Shown here piece by piece: positions 19,284 to 29,488 of a stretch of DNA of 64,000 nucleotides. The translations under genes and the position numbers were made by a program. This DNA comes from Bacteroidaceae bacterium (GTDB taxonomy: Bacteria; Bacteroidota; Bacteroidia; Bacteroidales; Bacteroidaceae), in assembly GCA_017646665.1 (NCBI GenBank), contig JAGCMB010000036.1, positions 26,963 through 90,962 on the forward strand, given 5' to 3'. The notes under the pieces are model-generated. The model was not told the DNA's origin. It was given only the letters and a program-made list of their open reading frames with translations, and did not search any database. The first letter of the stretch is position 1. Every line of letters begins with the position of its first letter.

Positions 19284-20005
19284 GTTATAATCGTTATTTG
19301 TTGCAAATTGTTGTTCAATTTATTAGACATGTTGTTGAGGGCTTGCCCAAAAATCTCTTTTAAATTATTTTGAGATATCTCCCATGCGGTCGATATGACA
19401 CCAACGAGGAGTTATGTTCTCTTTGCTCCGGAATGGCTTGCAAAAAGAATATGGTGGTTGTTTTTTTGGTTATGTAGAAAAAGTGGGTTATAGTTGAAGT
19501 ATTATTCTTTTTGGATGAAGTACGAAAAACTCGGCACCCTGGCGGTTATTTGCCTTTACAACGATAGTACGATTTCTTTGCGCTTAGGTAATGTCAAAGA
19601 GAAACCGGCACTGTGTGAGCAACAGTCATTGTTAGCGGCAAATGAGGAGAAAGAATGGGTGATGTCTGAGCGGTGCATTATGGAGTTGATGCTTTTGCAT
19701 GAAAAGCGAGTTCTCCCATTCCCGAATTTGCCGCGTTAAGACAATGATGACAAGAAAAAAGTGACCGAGTTATGTTGCACAGCAACTCACGAGCAAAGCT
19801 TTATTCGACTTGAGAACTCTGTGCCGAGCCTTTTGCTCCTTTTGGGCGACAAAAGGAGATGAATGCAAGACTCGAATTTAAAACAAGCGAACGATAAAGG
19901 TTGAGAGCAAACGTATAATATTACTATAAGCGCGTCAATATTCACACTAAATTTCTACTGAGCCTTGTTTTCATTATCCGCACAATCTTTGTATCTTCGC
20001 ATATT

Positions 20006-20941
20006 ATGCGCGAGGATAATTTTTTATATAACGAGTTTGGTACCTATCTGCGTGGCATCTTCGGCTGCAAGGTGCAGAAGATTACCATCGATGCCGGCTT
20101 TACCTGCCCCAACCGCGACGGCAAGGTGGGGCGTGGCGGTTGTACGTTCTGCAATAACCAGACGTTCAACCCTGCCTATTGTCACCGCAATCGTTCCATA
20201 GCAGAGCAGATGAATGAGGGAATATCATTCTTTGCGCATAAATACCCCGAAATGAAATATCTTGCCTATTTTCAGGCATACACCAATACGTATGATTCGC
20301 TCGATGTACTCAAACAACGCTATAACGAGGTTTTAGCCATTGATGGCTGTGTGGGGATAGTCATTGGAACGCGTCCCGATTGTATGCCCGATGAACTGCT
20401 TGAATATTTGGCGGAGCTTGCGAAACGGACATTTGTCCTTGTTGAGTATGGCATTGAGAGTACAAACGATGCGACGCTGAAACGCATAAACCGTGGTCAC
20501 GACTATGCTTGCGCCGTTGATGCGGTAAAGCGCACTGCAGCAGCCGGTATTCCTGTGGGGGCGCATATTATTCTTGGCTTACCGGGCGAGGAGCGCGAGG
20601 ATTTGATGCAACAGGCCGAACTGTTGTCGCGCTTGCCGCTCACTACACTGAAACTGCATCAGTTGCAGGTGGTGCGTGGCACGCGTATGGCCGAGGAGTA
20701 TGCCGAGAAACCGTCGGACTTTCACATTTTTGCGATGCAGGATTATATAGAAACAGTTATTGACTATATTGAGAGGCTTAACCCCAATTTGGTGCTTGAG
20801 CGTTTTGCATCGCAGTCGCCCAAAGAGTTGTTGATTGCTCCGGATTGGGGAATAAAGAATCACGAGCTTGTTGATAAAGTGAAGGCGCGTATGAGGGAGC
20901 GTGGAACGTGGCAGGGCCGATTATATACGGAAAAGAGTTGA
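20006..20941 (+). CDS. Radical SAM protein, TIGR01212 (YhcC-like) family
   Basis: GFTCPNRDGKVGRGGCTFCNN cluster and overall length typical of the family. Confidence 0.88.
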   Translation: MREDNFLYNEFGTYLRGIFGCKVQKITIDAGFTCPNRDGKVGRGGCTFCNNQTFNPAYCHRNRSIAEQMNEGISFFAHKYPEMKYLAYFQAYTNTYDSLDVLKQRYNEVLAIDGCVGIVIGTRPDCMPDELLEYLAELAKRTFVLVEYGIESTNDATLKRINRGHDYACAVDAVKRTAAAGIPVGAHIILGLPGEEREDLMQQAELLSRLPLTTLKLHQLQVVRGTRMAEEYAEKPSDFHIFAMQDYIETVIDYIERLNPNLVLERFASQSPKELLIAPDWGIKNHELVDKVKARMRERGTWQGRLYTEKS

Positions 20942-20944
20942 AGT

Positions 20945-21847
20945 CTAAACTTCAACTCTTTTCCGTATATAATCCAATATACTTTCGATATCATCGGGGT
21001 GGAACCAGGTGATTTCTTCGTCCTTCTGATACCACGTTACCTGTTTGCGGGAATAGATGCGTGTATTCTGCTTAATCTTCTCAATGGCGAAATCGAGCGT
21101 CCATTCGCCGTCGAGATATTTGAAAATCTCTTTGTAACCGACTGTGTTCAGTGAGTTATGCTCTTTTAGGTGAGCGAACTGCTTTACCTCATTGACAAGG
21201 CCTTGCTCTATCATCATATCCACACGGCGGTTGATGCGTTCATAGAGCTCCTCGCGGTCGCGGCGCAGACCAACCTTTATGATATTGAATGGACGTTGTT
21301 TTTTTGTACGTGTGCGGAACGAGCTGTATTTCTTGCCTGTCATATAACAGATTTCCAAAGCGTGCATTACACGCTTTGGATTCTTTATGTCGGCTTCATT
21401 GTAATATTCAGGGTCGAGCAGACGTAGTTCTGCCGCAAGGCTTTCCAATCCCTCTTTGTTGTACTTGTCAATGATGATGGCGCGTGTTTCCTCGTCGACG
21501 GTGGGGATATCGTCTATGCCGTAACAAACAGCATCGATATACATCATTGAACCGCCTGTGAGCAACATCGTGGGGTGGTTGGGAAACTCTTTGTCGAGCA
21601 GATTGAGTACCTCACATTCGTAACGTGCTGCGCTGTAATAGTCACCGGGAGCGAGCTGCCCGACAAAATAATGTTTATGCAGGGCAAGTTCCTCTTTCGT
21701 GGGCATTGCTGTGCCAATCTCCATACCGCGGTACATCTGACGTGAGTCGGCCGAAATTATCGGACAAGCGAAATGTTCGGCAATGGCAAAACTTGTGGCG
21801 GTTTTGCCAACTGCGGTGGGGCCGATAAGCACAACAAGGTTGTTCAT
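20945..21847 (-). CDS. miaA: tRNA dimethylallyltransferase
   Basis: P-loop [22 protein letters not shown], and 300 aa length. Confidence 0.95.
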   Translation of the reverse strand: MNNLVVLIGPTAVGKTATSFAIAEHFACPIISADSRQMYRGMEIGTAMPTKEELALHKHYFVGQLAPGDYYSAARYECEVLNLLDKEFPNHPTMLLTGGSMMYIDAVCYGIDDIPTVDEETRAIIIDKYNKEGLESLAAELRLLDPEYYNEADIKNPKRVMHALEICYMTGKKYSSFRTRTKKQRPFNIIKVGLRRDREELYERINRRVDMMIEQGLVNEVKQFAHLKEHNSLNTVGYKEIFKYLDGEWTLDFAIEKIKQNTRIYSRKQVTWYQKDEEITWFHPDDIESILDYIRKRVEV

Positions 21848-21875
21848 CTTCCTTATTTATTCGTTTGAAGATGAA

Positions 21876-22442
21876 TTAATAGATGTCGTCGATGGAACTG
21901 ATGTCTGAGAGGTCGCCGATTCCGTAGCCTTCGGGGTCAAGGTCATCCTCGTTATAGCTGTCGCTACCGTAGAAATCCTCGTTGATATCGTCCGATGCTT
22001 CTACAATTGGAGCCTTGTTCATCAATTCGTCGAAGTTGAGCATTTGAACAGGTGCATCGCCTACTGATTTTGTGCAGACTGCCTGGTCGATATCCTTGCC
22101 GAACTCTATTTTGCTGAGCTCCATATAGAATACGCGGTCGCCGAGCGGGTCGAACACATACACCAGCTTCTGCTTCTCGTCCTCGATGATGTCGCCTATG
22201 ACAGTGTCTGCCATTACATAGCTTTCGTCCTCGGACATACCACCCATATCCTCGAGTGTTATCTCGACCTCCTTAACCCAACGGTCGTTGCAGATGAAGA
22301 ATGAGGTCATTTGGTCATCGGGGTAACCTACTGAATTGAGAATAGCTGTATGTAGGTCGAAGAAAGTGGCATCGGAGTCAATTTCAATATCTCTCCTGAA
22401 GTTATCCACTTCATCTGATAAAAGTCTGAATTTATATACCAT
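21876..22442 (-). CDS. Conserved hypothetical protein with a very acidic C-terminus (possibly pRiA4b-ORF3-like fold)
   Basis: The N-terminal YKFRLLSDEVDNFRRDIEIDSDATFFDLHTAILNSVGY pattern resembles that family. The tail is D/E-rich. The family call is weak. Confidence 0.4.
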   Translation of the reverse strand: MVYKFRLLSDEVDNFRRDIEIDSDATFFDLHTAILNSVGYPDDQMTSFFICNDRWVKEVEITLEDMGGMSEDESYVMADTVIGDIIEDEKQKLVYVFDPLGDRVFYMELSKIEFGKDIDQAVCTKSVGDAPVQMLNFDELMNKAPIVEASDDINEDFYGSDSYNEDDLDPEGYGIGDLSDISSIDDIY

Positions 22443-22449
22443 AGTTCAA

Positions 22450-23217
22450 TTATTTTCCAATTATACCTCTTTCCGACTTATTCTCCACAAAATCAACAAT
22501 TTGCTGTACTTCGGGAGTCATTGTCATTGTTTCCTTAATCTTTGCGATACCCGTTGTCACCTTTCCTTCGTAGAGTAGACGGTATGCGTTGTGAATGTTC
22601 TTGATGGCATCGTTTGAGAAGCCGCGACGGCGTAATCCAACGATGTTCTCACCACAATAGTGCAATGGGTCGCGCGCAGCAATGACGTAAGGTGGAATAT
22701 CCATACTTACCTTGCTGCCGCCCTGTACCATAATGTGACCACCCAAATGGCAGAACTGGTGTACAAGAACACAGGCACTGAGAATGGCAAAATCATCGAT
22801 ATTCACCTCGCCGGCAATCTTTGTTGAATTGCCGATGATGCAGTTGCTGCCAACTACGCTGTCGTGTCCAATGTGGCAGTTCTCCATAAAAAGGTTGTTG
22901 TTGCCGATTACAGTCTTGCCTTTTGATGCAGTACCGCGATTAAGAGTAACATTTTCGCGTATTGTATTGTTGTCACCAATTTCAAGTGTGGTGTCTTCGC
23001 CAACAAACTTCAGGTCCTGTGGAATACCTCCAACAACAGCACCGTGGAAAACACGGTTGTTGTTGCCCATTCGTGTACCGCTCAAAATGGATGCGTGTGC
23101 CATAATGTGGCAGTTGTCGCCAATGACAACATTGTCGTCAATGTATACAAATGGTTCAATGGTGCAGTTCGCTCCTATTTTTGCACCCGGATGTATGTAT
23201 GATAGTGGATTGCTCAT
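22450..23217 (-). CDS. lpxA: Acyl-ACP--UDP-N-acetylglucosamine O-acyltransferase
   Basis: 255 aa with left-handed beta-helix hexapeptide repeats plus an LpxA C-terminal helical domain, in lpx cluster context. Confidence 0.93.
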   Translation of the reverse strand: MSNPLSYIHPGAKIGANCTIEPFVYIDDNVVIGDNCHIMAHASILSGTRMGNNNRVFHGAVVGGIPQDLKFVGEDTTLEIGDNNTIRENVTLNRGTASKGKTVIGNNNLFMENCHIGHDSVVGSNCIIGNSTKIAGEVNIDDFAILSACVLVHQFCHLGGHIMVQGGSKVSMDIPPYVIAARDPLHYCGENIVGLRRRGFSNDAIKNIHNAYRLLYEGKVTTGIAKIKETMTMTPEVQQIVDFVENKSERGIIGK

Positions 23218-23228
23218 ATCTATTTGTT

Positions 23229-24617
23229 TTATTCTTTGTTTTTAATGATTTGTCCAACGAATGATGCCTCTGCAGCCAGTTTCTCGCCTACAAAAAGGTA
23301 TCCTTTCATAACAGCAAGGCTGTGACGCAATGGCGCGGTCTGTTCAACTTTAATAACAAGTGTATCTCCCGGTACTACTTTCTTGTGGAATACAATCTTG
23401 TCTATTTTAACAAAATATGTAGAGTGCTTTGCTGCATCTTCCAATTGGTTAAGGATGAACAGTGCACCGCATTGTGACATTGCCTCGATAAGCAGCACGC
23501 CCGGCATAATAGGCTCGTCGGGGAAATGGCCTACGAAGAACGGCTCGTTCATTGTGACGTTCTTTACACCTACGATATAGTCTGAACCTATTTCTGTAAT
23601 CTTGTCAATCAAGAGCATAGGACTACGGTGGGGTAGCAGACTCTTTATTCTCTTTGTGTCAATGAGTGGCTCACGATTCGGGTCGTAGATTGGTGCCTGT
23701 ATCTGATGCTCACGTATCACCTTGCGCATTGCGCGTGCAAACTTGTTGTTGATGGTGTGTCCCGGACAAGTTGCAATGATGCGTCCTTGCAATGGCTTGC
23801 CAATGAGGGCGAGGTCACCGATTATGTCGAGCAGTTTGTGACGAGCGGGTTCGTTGTTCCATACAAGTGGCTTGTGGTTCAGATAGCCTAACTTCTTGGC
23901 ATCCATACGTGGCACTCCGAGAATATCGGTCAACTGGTCGTATTTATCCTGTGGCATTTCACGCTCATAGATGACAATGGCATTGTCGAGGTCGCCACCC
24001 TTGATTAATCCAAGGTTCAGCAGTGCTTCGAGCTCGCGGACGAATACAAATGTACGGCTCGATGCAATCTCTTCTTTGAAGTCCTCCATATCCTCCAATG
24101 TGGCATATTGGTTGAAGAGAAGGTCGCTGTCATAGTGTACAAGAACATTGAGGCTGAACTTTTCATCGGGTAGAATGATGATTGAGTTGCCTGTTTTCTC
24201 GTCCTTGATTTCTATTTTTGACTTTATTACAAAGACATCCTTTTCGGCATTCTGCTCCTTGATGCCTACGCGTTCGATATTCTCGACATAGTACTTTGCG
24301 CTACCGTCAAGAATAGGAAACTCGGGGCCGTTGACCTGCATAAGGCAGTTGTCTATTCCAAGTGCAAAAAGTGCGGCCATTGCGTGTTCGACAGTGCTTA
24401 CACGCGCCTCGCCTCTTGTGAGCACTGTGCCACGTGTCGTTTCAGTGACATTCTCGGCTATGGCATCAATAATGGGCTCTCCGGGGAGGTCTATTCGTTG
24501 TATCTTATATCCATAATTCTCCGGTGCTGGATTAAAGGTTACAGTAAGGTGTAAACCGGTGTGCAGACCTTTGCCATAAAGAGAAAAACTTCCGTTAAGT
24601 GTCTTCTGCTTATTCAT
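23229..24617 (-). CDS. lpxC: Bifunctional UDP-3-O-acyl-GlcNAc deacetylase / 3-hydroxyacyl-ACP dehydratase (LpxC-FabZ fusion)
   Basis: 462 aa with an N-terminal LpxC domain (GKGLHTGL..., TVEHAMAAL) and a C-terminal FabZ hot-dog domain (FFVGHFPDEPIMPGVL). Confidence 0.95.
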   Translation of the reverse strand: MNKQKTLNGSFSLYGKGLHTGLHLTVTFNPAPENYGYKIQRIDLPGEPIIDAIAENVTETTRGTVLTRGEARVSTVEHAMAALFALGIDNCLMQVNGPEFPILDGSAKYYVENIERVGIKEQNAEKDVFVIKSKIEIKDEKTGNSIIILPDEKFSLNVLVHYDSDLLFNQYATLEDMEDFKEEIASSRTFVFVRELEALLNLGLIKGGDLDNAIVIYEREMPQDKYDQLTDILGVPRMDAKKLGYLNHKPLVWNNEPARHKLLDIIGDLALIGKPLQGRIIATCPGHTINNKFARAMRKVIREHQIQAPIYDPNREPLIDTKRIKSLLPHRSPMLLIDKITEIGSDYIVGVKNVTMNEPFFVGHFPDEPIMPGVLLIEAMSQCGALFILNQLEDAAKHSTYFVKIDKIVFHKKVVPGDTLVIKVEQTAPLRHSLAVMKGYLFVGEKLAAEASFVGQIIKNKE

Positions 24618-24624
24618 AGAGATT

Positions 24625-25659
24625 TTATTTTTTGTTTTTTAAAGCTTCAAGCTCTTTTGTAAGTTCTTTGACTTTCTTGTCAAGCGCCGGCAGACGTTTC
24701 AAATATGCCGATACGCGTATGAAATCACGGGCGTCCATCGCTGGTGAACCCATCAGTGTGAGTCCGCTTTTCAAATTCCCCAATGTACCGCATTGTGGAC
24801 CAACAGTGGTGCGGTCACCGATTGTGCTGTGACCGGACACTCCGGCCTGACCACCGAAAATACACCACTGACCGACTTTTGTTGAACCGGCAACTCCCAC
24901 CTGTGCGGCCATTGCTGTGTGGCTGCCTATTTCGTCGTTGTGTGCTATCTGTACAAGGTTATCCAATTTGACACCGCTATGTATTGTCGTTGTTCCCATT
25001 GTGGCGCGGTCGATACAGGTGTTTGCACCAATTTCAACATTGTCCTCAATTACTACTATGCCGGTTTGCGGTATCTTGTTGTATCCGTTTGGCGTCGGTG
25101 CAAAACCAAAGCCATCGGCACCGATTACACAACCGCTGTGAAGAATACAGTCGTTGCCGATGCGGCAGTCGTGATACACGGTAACGTGGGCATAAAGCAG
25201 ACAGTTGTTGCCTATCTTTGCTCCATCACCAATGGAAACACCATCGTGAATATAGCAGTTGTCGCCAATTTCACAATCTTCGCCGATGACAACAAATGGT
25301 GCTATATAGCAATTCTCGCCAATCTTTGCTGTTTTGGCTATTGAAGCAAGCGAACTTACTCCTTGCTTCTTTGGCTTGCTTGCCTCATACATCATCATCA
25401 ATGTCGCGAGGCTTTGATATGCATTGTCTACCTTTATTAGTGTAGCTGCAATCTCCCCCTTGGACTCAAAGTCACGGTTGACAAGGACAACGGATGATTG
25501 GGTAGTGTATATATAATCGGTATATTTGGGGTTTGCCAAGAAGGACAATGCTCCCGGAACGCCCTCTTCAATCTTTGCAAATGTATATACCTCGGCGTTT
25601 TCATTGCCTACAACCTCTCCATTTATAAACGAAGCAATCTGTTTTGCCGTAAATTTCAT
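24625..25659 (-). CDS. lpxD: UDP-3-O-acylglucosamine N-acyltransferase
   Basis: 344 aa with hexapeptide repeats, an LpxD N-terminal domain and a coiled-coil C-terminus. Confidence 0.93.
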   Translation of the reverse strand: MKFTAKQIASFINGEVVGNENAEVYTFAKIEEGVPGALSFLANPKYTDYIYTTQSSVVLVNRDFESKGEIAATLIKVDNAYQSLATLMMMYEASKPKKQGVSSLASIAKTAKIGENCYIAPFVVIGEDCEIGDNCYIHDGVSIGDGAKIGNNCLLYAHVTVYHDCRIGNDCILHSGCVIGADGFGFAPTPNGYNKIPQTGIVVIEDNVEIGANTCIDRATMGTTTIHSGVKLDNLVQIAHNDEIGSHTAMAAQVGVAGSTKVGQWCIFGGQAGVSGHSTIGDRTTVGPQCGTLGNLKSGLTLMGSPAMDARDFIRVSAYLKRLPALDKKVKELTKELEALKNKK

Positions 25660-25765
25660 ATCTTGTCTGCGCTTTATGAGTTTGTATTTATGCGAAGATA
25701 ACTATTCTGTGTGAATAACAATATCGTTTTTTGACAAAAAAGTGGTCTGTCAGACGTCGCAACTG

Positions 25766-26596
25766 TTAAATGATGTTTCTCAATTTAAGCTCGTTTTCCA
25801 TTTGCTGCTGATATTCAGCTGCTTTCTCTGCCGCAACGCTTGCGAAGTTCTCGCTGCTATCGGCAAAGATGATGGCGCGACTTGCATTGACGAGCAAGCC
25901 ACAATCGTCGTTCATACCATATTTGCAGACCTCTTCGAGTGAGCCGCCCTGTGCACCGACACCTGGCACGAGCAGGAAGTGTGTGGGGACAATGTTGCGG
26001 ACATTCTCGAAAGATTTGCCTTGTGTGGCACCGACAACATACATCATATTCTCATCGCTTCCCCACTGCTTTGATGTAGCAAGAACCTTCTCGAACAACA
26101 TTGTGCCGTTTTCGTCCTTTGTGAGTTGGAAATCGTGTGAGCCGGGGTTTGATGTGAGTGCAAGCACGATAACCCAGCTACCCTCGTATGCGAGGAATGG
26201 CTTTACGCTGTCTTCGCCCATATATGGAGCAACGGTGATTGAATCGACCTTCATCTCTTCAAAGAATGAGCGTGCGTAGAGCGATGATGTGTTGCCGATA
26301 TCGCCACGCTTTGCATCGGCGATAATGAATATTTCGGGATAGTTCTCCTTGATATAGTTTACAGTCTTCTCAAAACTTATCCAACCCTTGACGCCGCCGG
26401 CCTCATAGAATGCAAGGTTTGGCTTGTAGGCTACGGTGTATGGAGCTGTTGCATCGATAATTGCTTTGTTGAACTCGAATATTGGGTCATCGCAGCCTAG
26501 CAAATGTGCCGGCAACTTCTTGATATCACTGTCAAGACCAACGCACAAGAATGAGCGTTTTGCTTTAATCTGGTTGATAAGTTCTTGTCTGTTCAT
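25766..26596 (-). CDS. pyrF: Orotidine-5'-phosphate decarboxylase (type 2)
   Basis: 276 aa with [10 protein letters not shown] and VPGVGAQGG motifs. Confidence 0.93.
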   Translation of the reverse strand: MNRQELINQIKAKRSFLCVGLDSDIKKLPAHLLGCDDPIFEFNKAIIDATAPYTVAYKPNLAFYEAGGVKGWISFEKTVNYIKENYPEIFIIADAKRGDIGNTSSLYARSFFEEMKVDSITVAPYMGEDSVKPFLAYEGSWVIVLALTSNPGSHDFQLTKDENGTMLFEKVLATSKQWGSDENMMYVVGATQGKSFENVRNIVPTHFLLVPGVGAQGGSLEEVCKYGMNDDCGLLVNASRAIIFADSSENFASVAAEKAAEYQQQMENELKLRNII

Positions 26597-26612
26597 AGCT
26601 TATATGTTTTTG

Positions 26613-27722
26613 TTATAATTCCTGTTCTTTCATTCTCTCGGCATTTTCGGCGATTATAAGGTGGTCTATGCAATCCTGGATGTCGCCGTTGACAAATGCG
26701 TTCAAGTTATATATGGTGTAGTTTATACGGTGGTCGGTTATGCGGCCTTGCGGATAGTTGTAGGTGCGTATTTTTGCCGAGCGGTCACCTGTGGAAACCA
26801 TTGTCTTGCGTTTGTTGGCTATGTCGTCGGCATAGCGTTGGTGCTCGCGGTCATATATGAGTGTGCGCAAGCGTGCAAGCGCGCGTTCCTTATTCTTGGG
26901 TTGGTCGCGTGTTTCTGTACACTCAATGAGGATTTCCTCGATTTGGTTGGTTTCGGGGTTGAGCCAGGGGTAACGTAGGCGCACGCCCGATTCCACTTTG
27001 TTTACATTCTGACCACCGGCACCACTTGAACGGAATGTGTCCCATTTGATGGCACTTTCGGTGATTTCAACATCAAAAGCTTCGGCTTCGGGCAGAACGG
27101 CTACCGATGCTGCCGATGTGTGCACACGACCTTGTGTCTCAGTGGCCGGAACGCGTTGTACACGGTGTACTCCCGATTCATATTTCAATGTACCATATAC
27201 CTTTTCGCCGGTTACTGTGCAGATAATCTCCTTGTAACCTCCCGATGTGCCTTCGCTGCAACTTGAAACTTCCAATCTCCAGCCTTTGCTCTCGCAGTAT
27301 TTTGTGTACATACGGAACAGGTCGCCTGCAAAGATGGCTGCTTCGTCACCTCCTGTTCCGCCACGTATTTCAAGGATTGCATTCTTGTCGTCCTGTGGGT
27401 CGGCCGGAATGAGCAGAAGTTTAATCTCCTCCTCGGTCTTGGGAATCTCCAACTCGCATACTTCAATCTCTTCGCGCGCCATCTCTCGCAATTCAGTGTC
27501 ACTCTCGTTGGCGAGAATGTCCTTTGCATCGCTGAGCGATGTCAGCAACTGAATGTAACGCTTGCGGGCATCGAGTATCTGCTCCAATTCGCGGTATTCC
27601 TTGTTGAGCCTTACGAAACGCTTCATATCGGCAACGACAGAAGGGTCAGTGATAAGTGTCGACACCTCCTGAAATCTTGCTTCAAGGTCGTTGAGCTTGC
27701 TCAGCAGTGAATTATTTTCCAT
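26613..27722 (-). CDS. prfA: Peptide chain release factor 1
   Basis: PAT tripeptide (RF1-type PxT) and GGQ (SGAGGQNVNKVES). The likely start is MENNSLLSKL at 27722. The ORF extends to 27755. Confidence 0.95.
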   Translation of the reverse strand: MENNSLLSKLNDLEARFQEVSTLITDPSVVADMKRFVRLNKEYRELEQILDARKRYIQLLTSLSDAKDILANESDTELREMAREEIEVCELEIPKTEEEIKLLLIPADPQDDKNAILEIRGGTGGDEAAIFAGDLFRMYTKYCESKGWRLEVSSCSEGTSGGYKEIICTVTGEKVYGTLKYESGVHRVQRVPATETQGRVHTSAASVAVLPEAEAFDVEITESAIKWDTFRSSGAGGQNVNKVESGVRLRYPWLNPETNQIEEILIECTETRDQPKNKERALARLRTLIYDREHQRYADDIANKRKTMVSTGDRSAKIRTYNYPQGRITDHRINYTIYNLNAFVNGDIQDCIDHLIIAENAERMKEQEL

Positions 27723-27764
27723 TCTCGTTATAATATATGCCCTGCATTGCTGCAAGGCATAAGA

Positions 27765-28931
27765 TTAGTATCTGAAAGTGCCGTAAGGACTCTCAATTAT
27801 CAACTCGTTGTGGTCACATTCTTCTACACGGCCTACAATCTGTGCATCAACACCAAAGCTCTTGCTTATGGCGATAATCTCCTCGGCGTGTTCCGGTTTT
27901 ACGTAAACCTCTAGGCGGTGTCCCATATTGAAGACTTTGTACATCTCGGCCCAATCGGTTCCACTCTGTTCCTTGATTGCCTTGAAGAGTGGTGGAATGG
28001 GGAAGAGGTTGTCCTTGATGACCTTCTTGTTCTCGACAAAGTGCATAACCTTTGTCTGTGCACCACCTGAACAGTGAACCATTCCGTGGATTTCGGGACG
28101 CAGTGCATCGAGTATCTTCTTTACGATTGGTGCGTATGTTCTTGTTGGTGACAGAACCAATTTGCCTGCATCAAGCGGTGAACCTTCGACCTCGTCGGTC
28201 AACTTGAGTCCGCCTGAATATATCAACTCTTCGGGAACACCCTTGTCATAGCTTTCGGGGTATTTCTCGGCAAGATACTTGCTGAACACATCGTGACGTG
28301 CCGATGTAAGTCCGTTGCTGCCCATACCTCCGTTGTACTCCTTTTCGTATGTTGCCTGACCGTATGATGCCAAACCGACGATTACATCGCCTGCCGCGAT
28401 GTTTGCATTGTCAATGACATCGCTGCGTTTCATTCGGCAGGTAACGGTGCTGTCTACAATGATTGTGCGCACCAAATCGCCTACATCGGCTGTCTCGCCA
28501 CCGGTAGCATATACACCAACGCCCATCTCGCGCAGTTCGGCGAGCAACTCGTCTGTGCCATTGATGATTGCCGAAATTACCTCGCCCGGGATGAGCAACT
28601 TGTTGCGTCCGATTGTCGACGAAACAAGGATATTGTCGGTTGCGCCCACGCAGAGCAGGTCGTCGATGTTCATTATAAGTGCATCTTGAGCTATGCCCTT
28701 CCACACTCCAAGGTCGCCGGTCTCTTTCCAGTACAGATAGGCCAATGACGATTTTGTTCCGGCACCGTCTGCGTGCATAATGTTGCAATACTCGGGGTCG
28801 CCGCCAAGAATGTCGGGGATTATCTTACAGAATGCTTTGGGGTAAAGACCTTTGTCGATGTTCTTTATCGCGTTGTGAACATCCTCTTTAGACGCAGAAA
28901 CTCCGCGCATCATATATCTTTGGTCGCTCAT
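27765..28931 (-). CDS. purM: Phosphoribosylformylglycinamidine cyclo-ligase (AIR synthase family)
   Basis: 388 aa with HADGAGTKS and AIR-synthase N- and C-terminal domains. Confidence 0.85.
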   Translation of the reverse strand: MSDQRYMMRGVSASKEDVHNAIKNIDKGLYPKAFCKIIPDILGGDPEYCNIMHADGAGTKSSLAYLYWKETGDLGVWKGIAQDALIMNIDDLLCVGATDNILVSSTIGRNKLLIPGEVISAIINGTDELLAELREMGVGVYATGGETADVGDLVRTIIVDSTVTCRMKRSDVIDNANIAAGDVIVGLASYGQATYEKEYNGGMGSNGLTSARHDVFSKYLAEKYPESYDKGVPEELIYSGGLKLTDEVEGSPLDAGKLVLSPTRTYAPIVKKILDALRPEIHGMVHCSGGAQTKVMHFVENKKVIKDNLFPIPPLFKAIKEQSGTDWAEMYKVFNMGHRLEVYVKPEHAEEIIAISKSFGVDAQIVGRVEECDHNELIIESPYGTFRY

Positions 28932-28958
28932 TGTTTAATATTTTTTATATTCGTTTTG

Positions 28959-28966
28959 CAAAGATA
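28959..28966 (-). promoter_or_regulatory. -7 promoter box (TATCTTTG on the minus strand) for purM
   Basis: The reverse complement of CAAAGATA, 28 nt upstream of the purM ATG. Confidence 0.45.
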
Positions 28967-29275
28967 ATGTATTGCGCGTGAAAAGACAAATAAAAAATGG
29001 ATATTTCCACACGCCTTGCGCTTGCTTTTTTCAAGTGGGTGTGAGTGCTGTTTTTATTGAAATATTCATTGTGACGATTTTTCTTTGATTGACATTTTGT
29101 CATTTGTAAAAATTTAATCCCGATTTATAATATAGTTATGGCGAATGGCTTTTATATACTTTACATTTGATGCTATGTGTCTTGTTTGTGTTGATAAAAT
29201 GTTTTGTATTTGCATTTGTTTAGCTCTTTTTCAAAAAATGAATGGCTTATTTTTCAATATTTATCGGTTTTTGTC

Positions 29276-29283
29276 TATATTTG
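29276..29283 (+). promoter_or_regulatory. -7 promoter box TATATTTG, candidate promoter of the POT transporter with a leader of about 200 nt
   Basis: Perfect TAnnTTTG. The next start codon on this strand is 29489. Confidence 0.35.
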
Positions 29284-29488
29284 CGGTTGCTTCCGGAAAA
29301 ATGTGCTTGTTTGTCGTATTTGATACGTGACAGATGGGGCTTTTACTTGACAAGTGACAGCCTTTTCGTATAAAGAAGCTGTTTAGGGAACAAAAGTCAG
29401 CCTGCGCTATTCCAAAAGCCGCGCAGTTGTGACAGTGGGGCGGCTTTGCCCTTTGATTGTGAATTTATTAATTTTTAATTTTTTATCT

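Noticed and set aside
19494-19739. 81-aa ORF in the long gap upstream of the radical-SAM gene
   Set aside because: It has a TTG start, no promoter box or RBS-like context, no motif and odd composition. I kept the region as an unexplained non-coding gap rather than calling a gene.
29145-29330. 61-aa ORF in the purM/POT intergenic region
   Set aside because: It is AT-rich with Phe/Cys/Leu-biased composition. It overlaps the predicted POT promoter box, and nothing supports coding.
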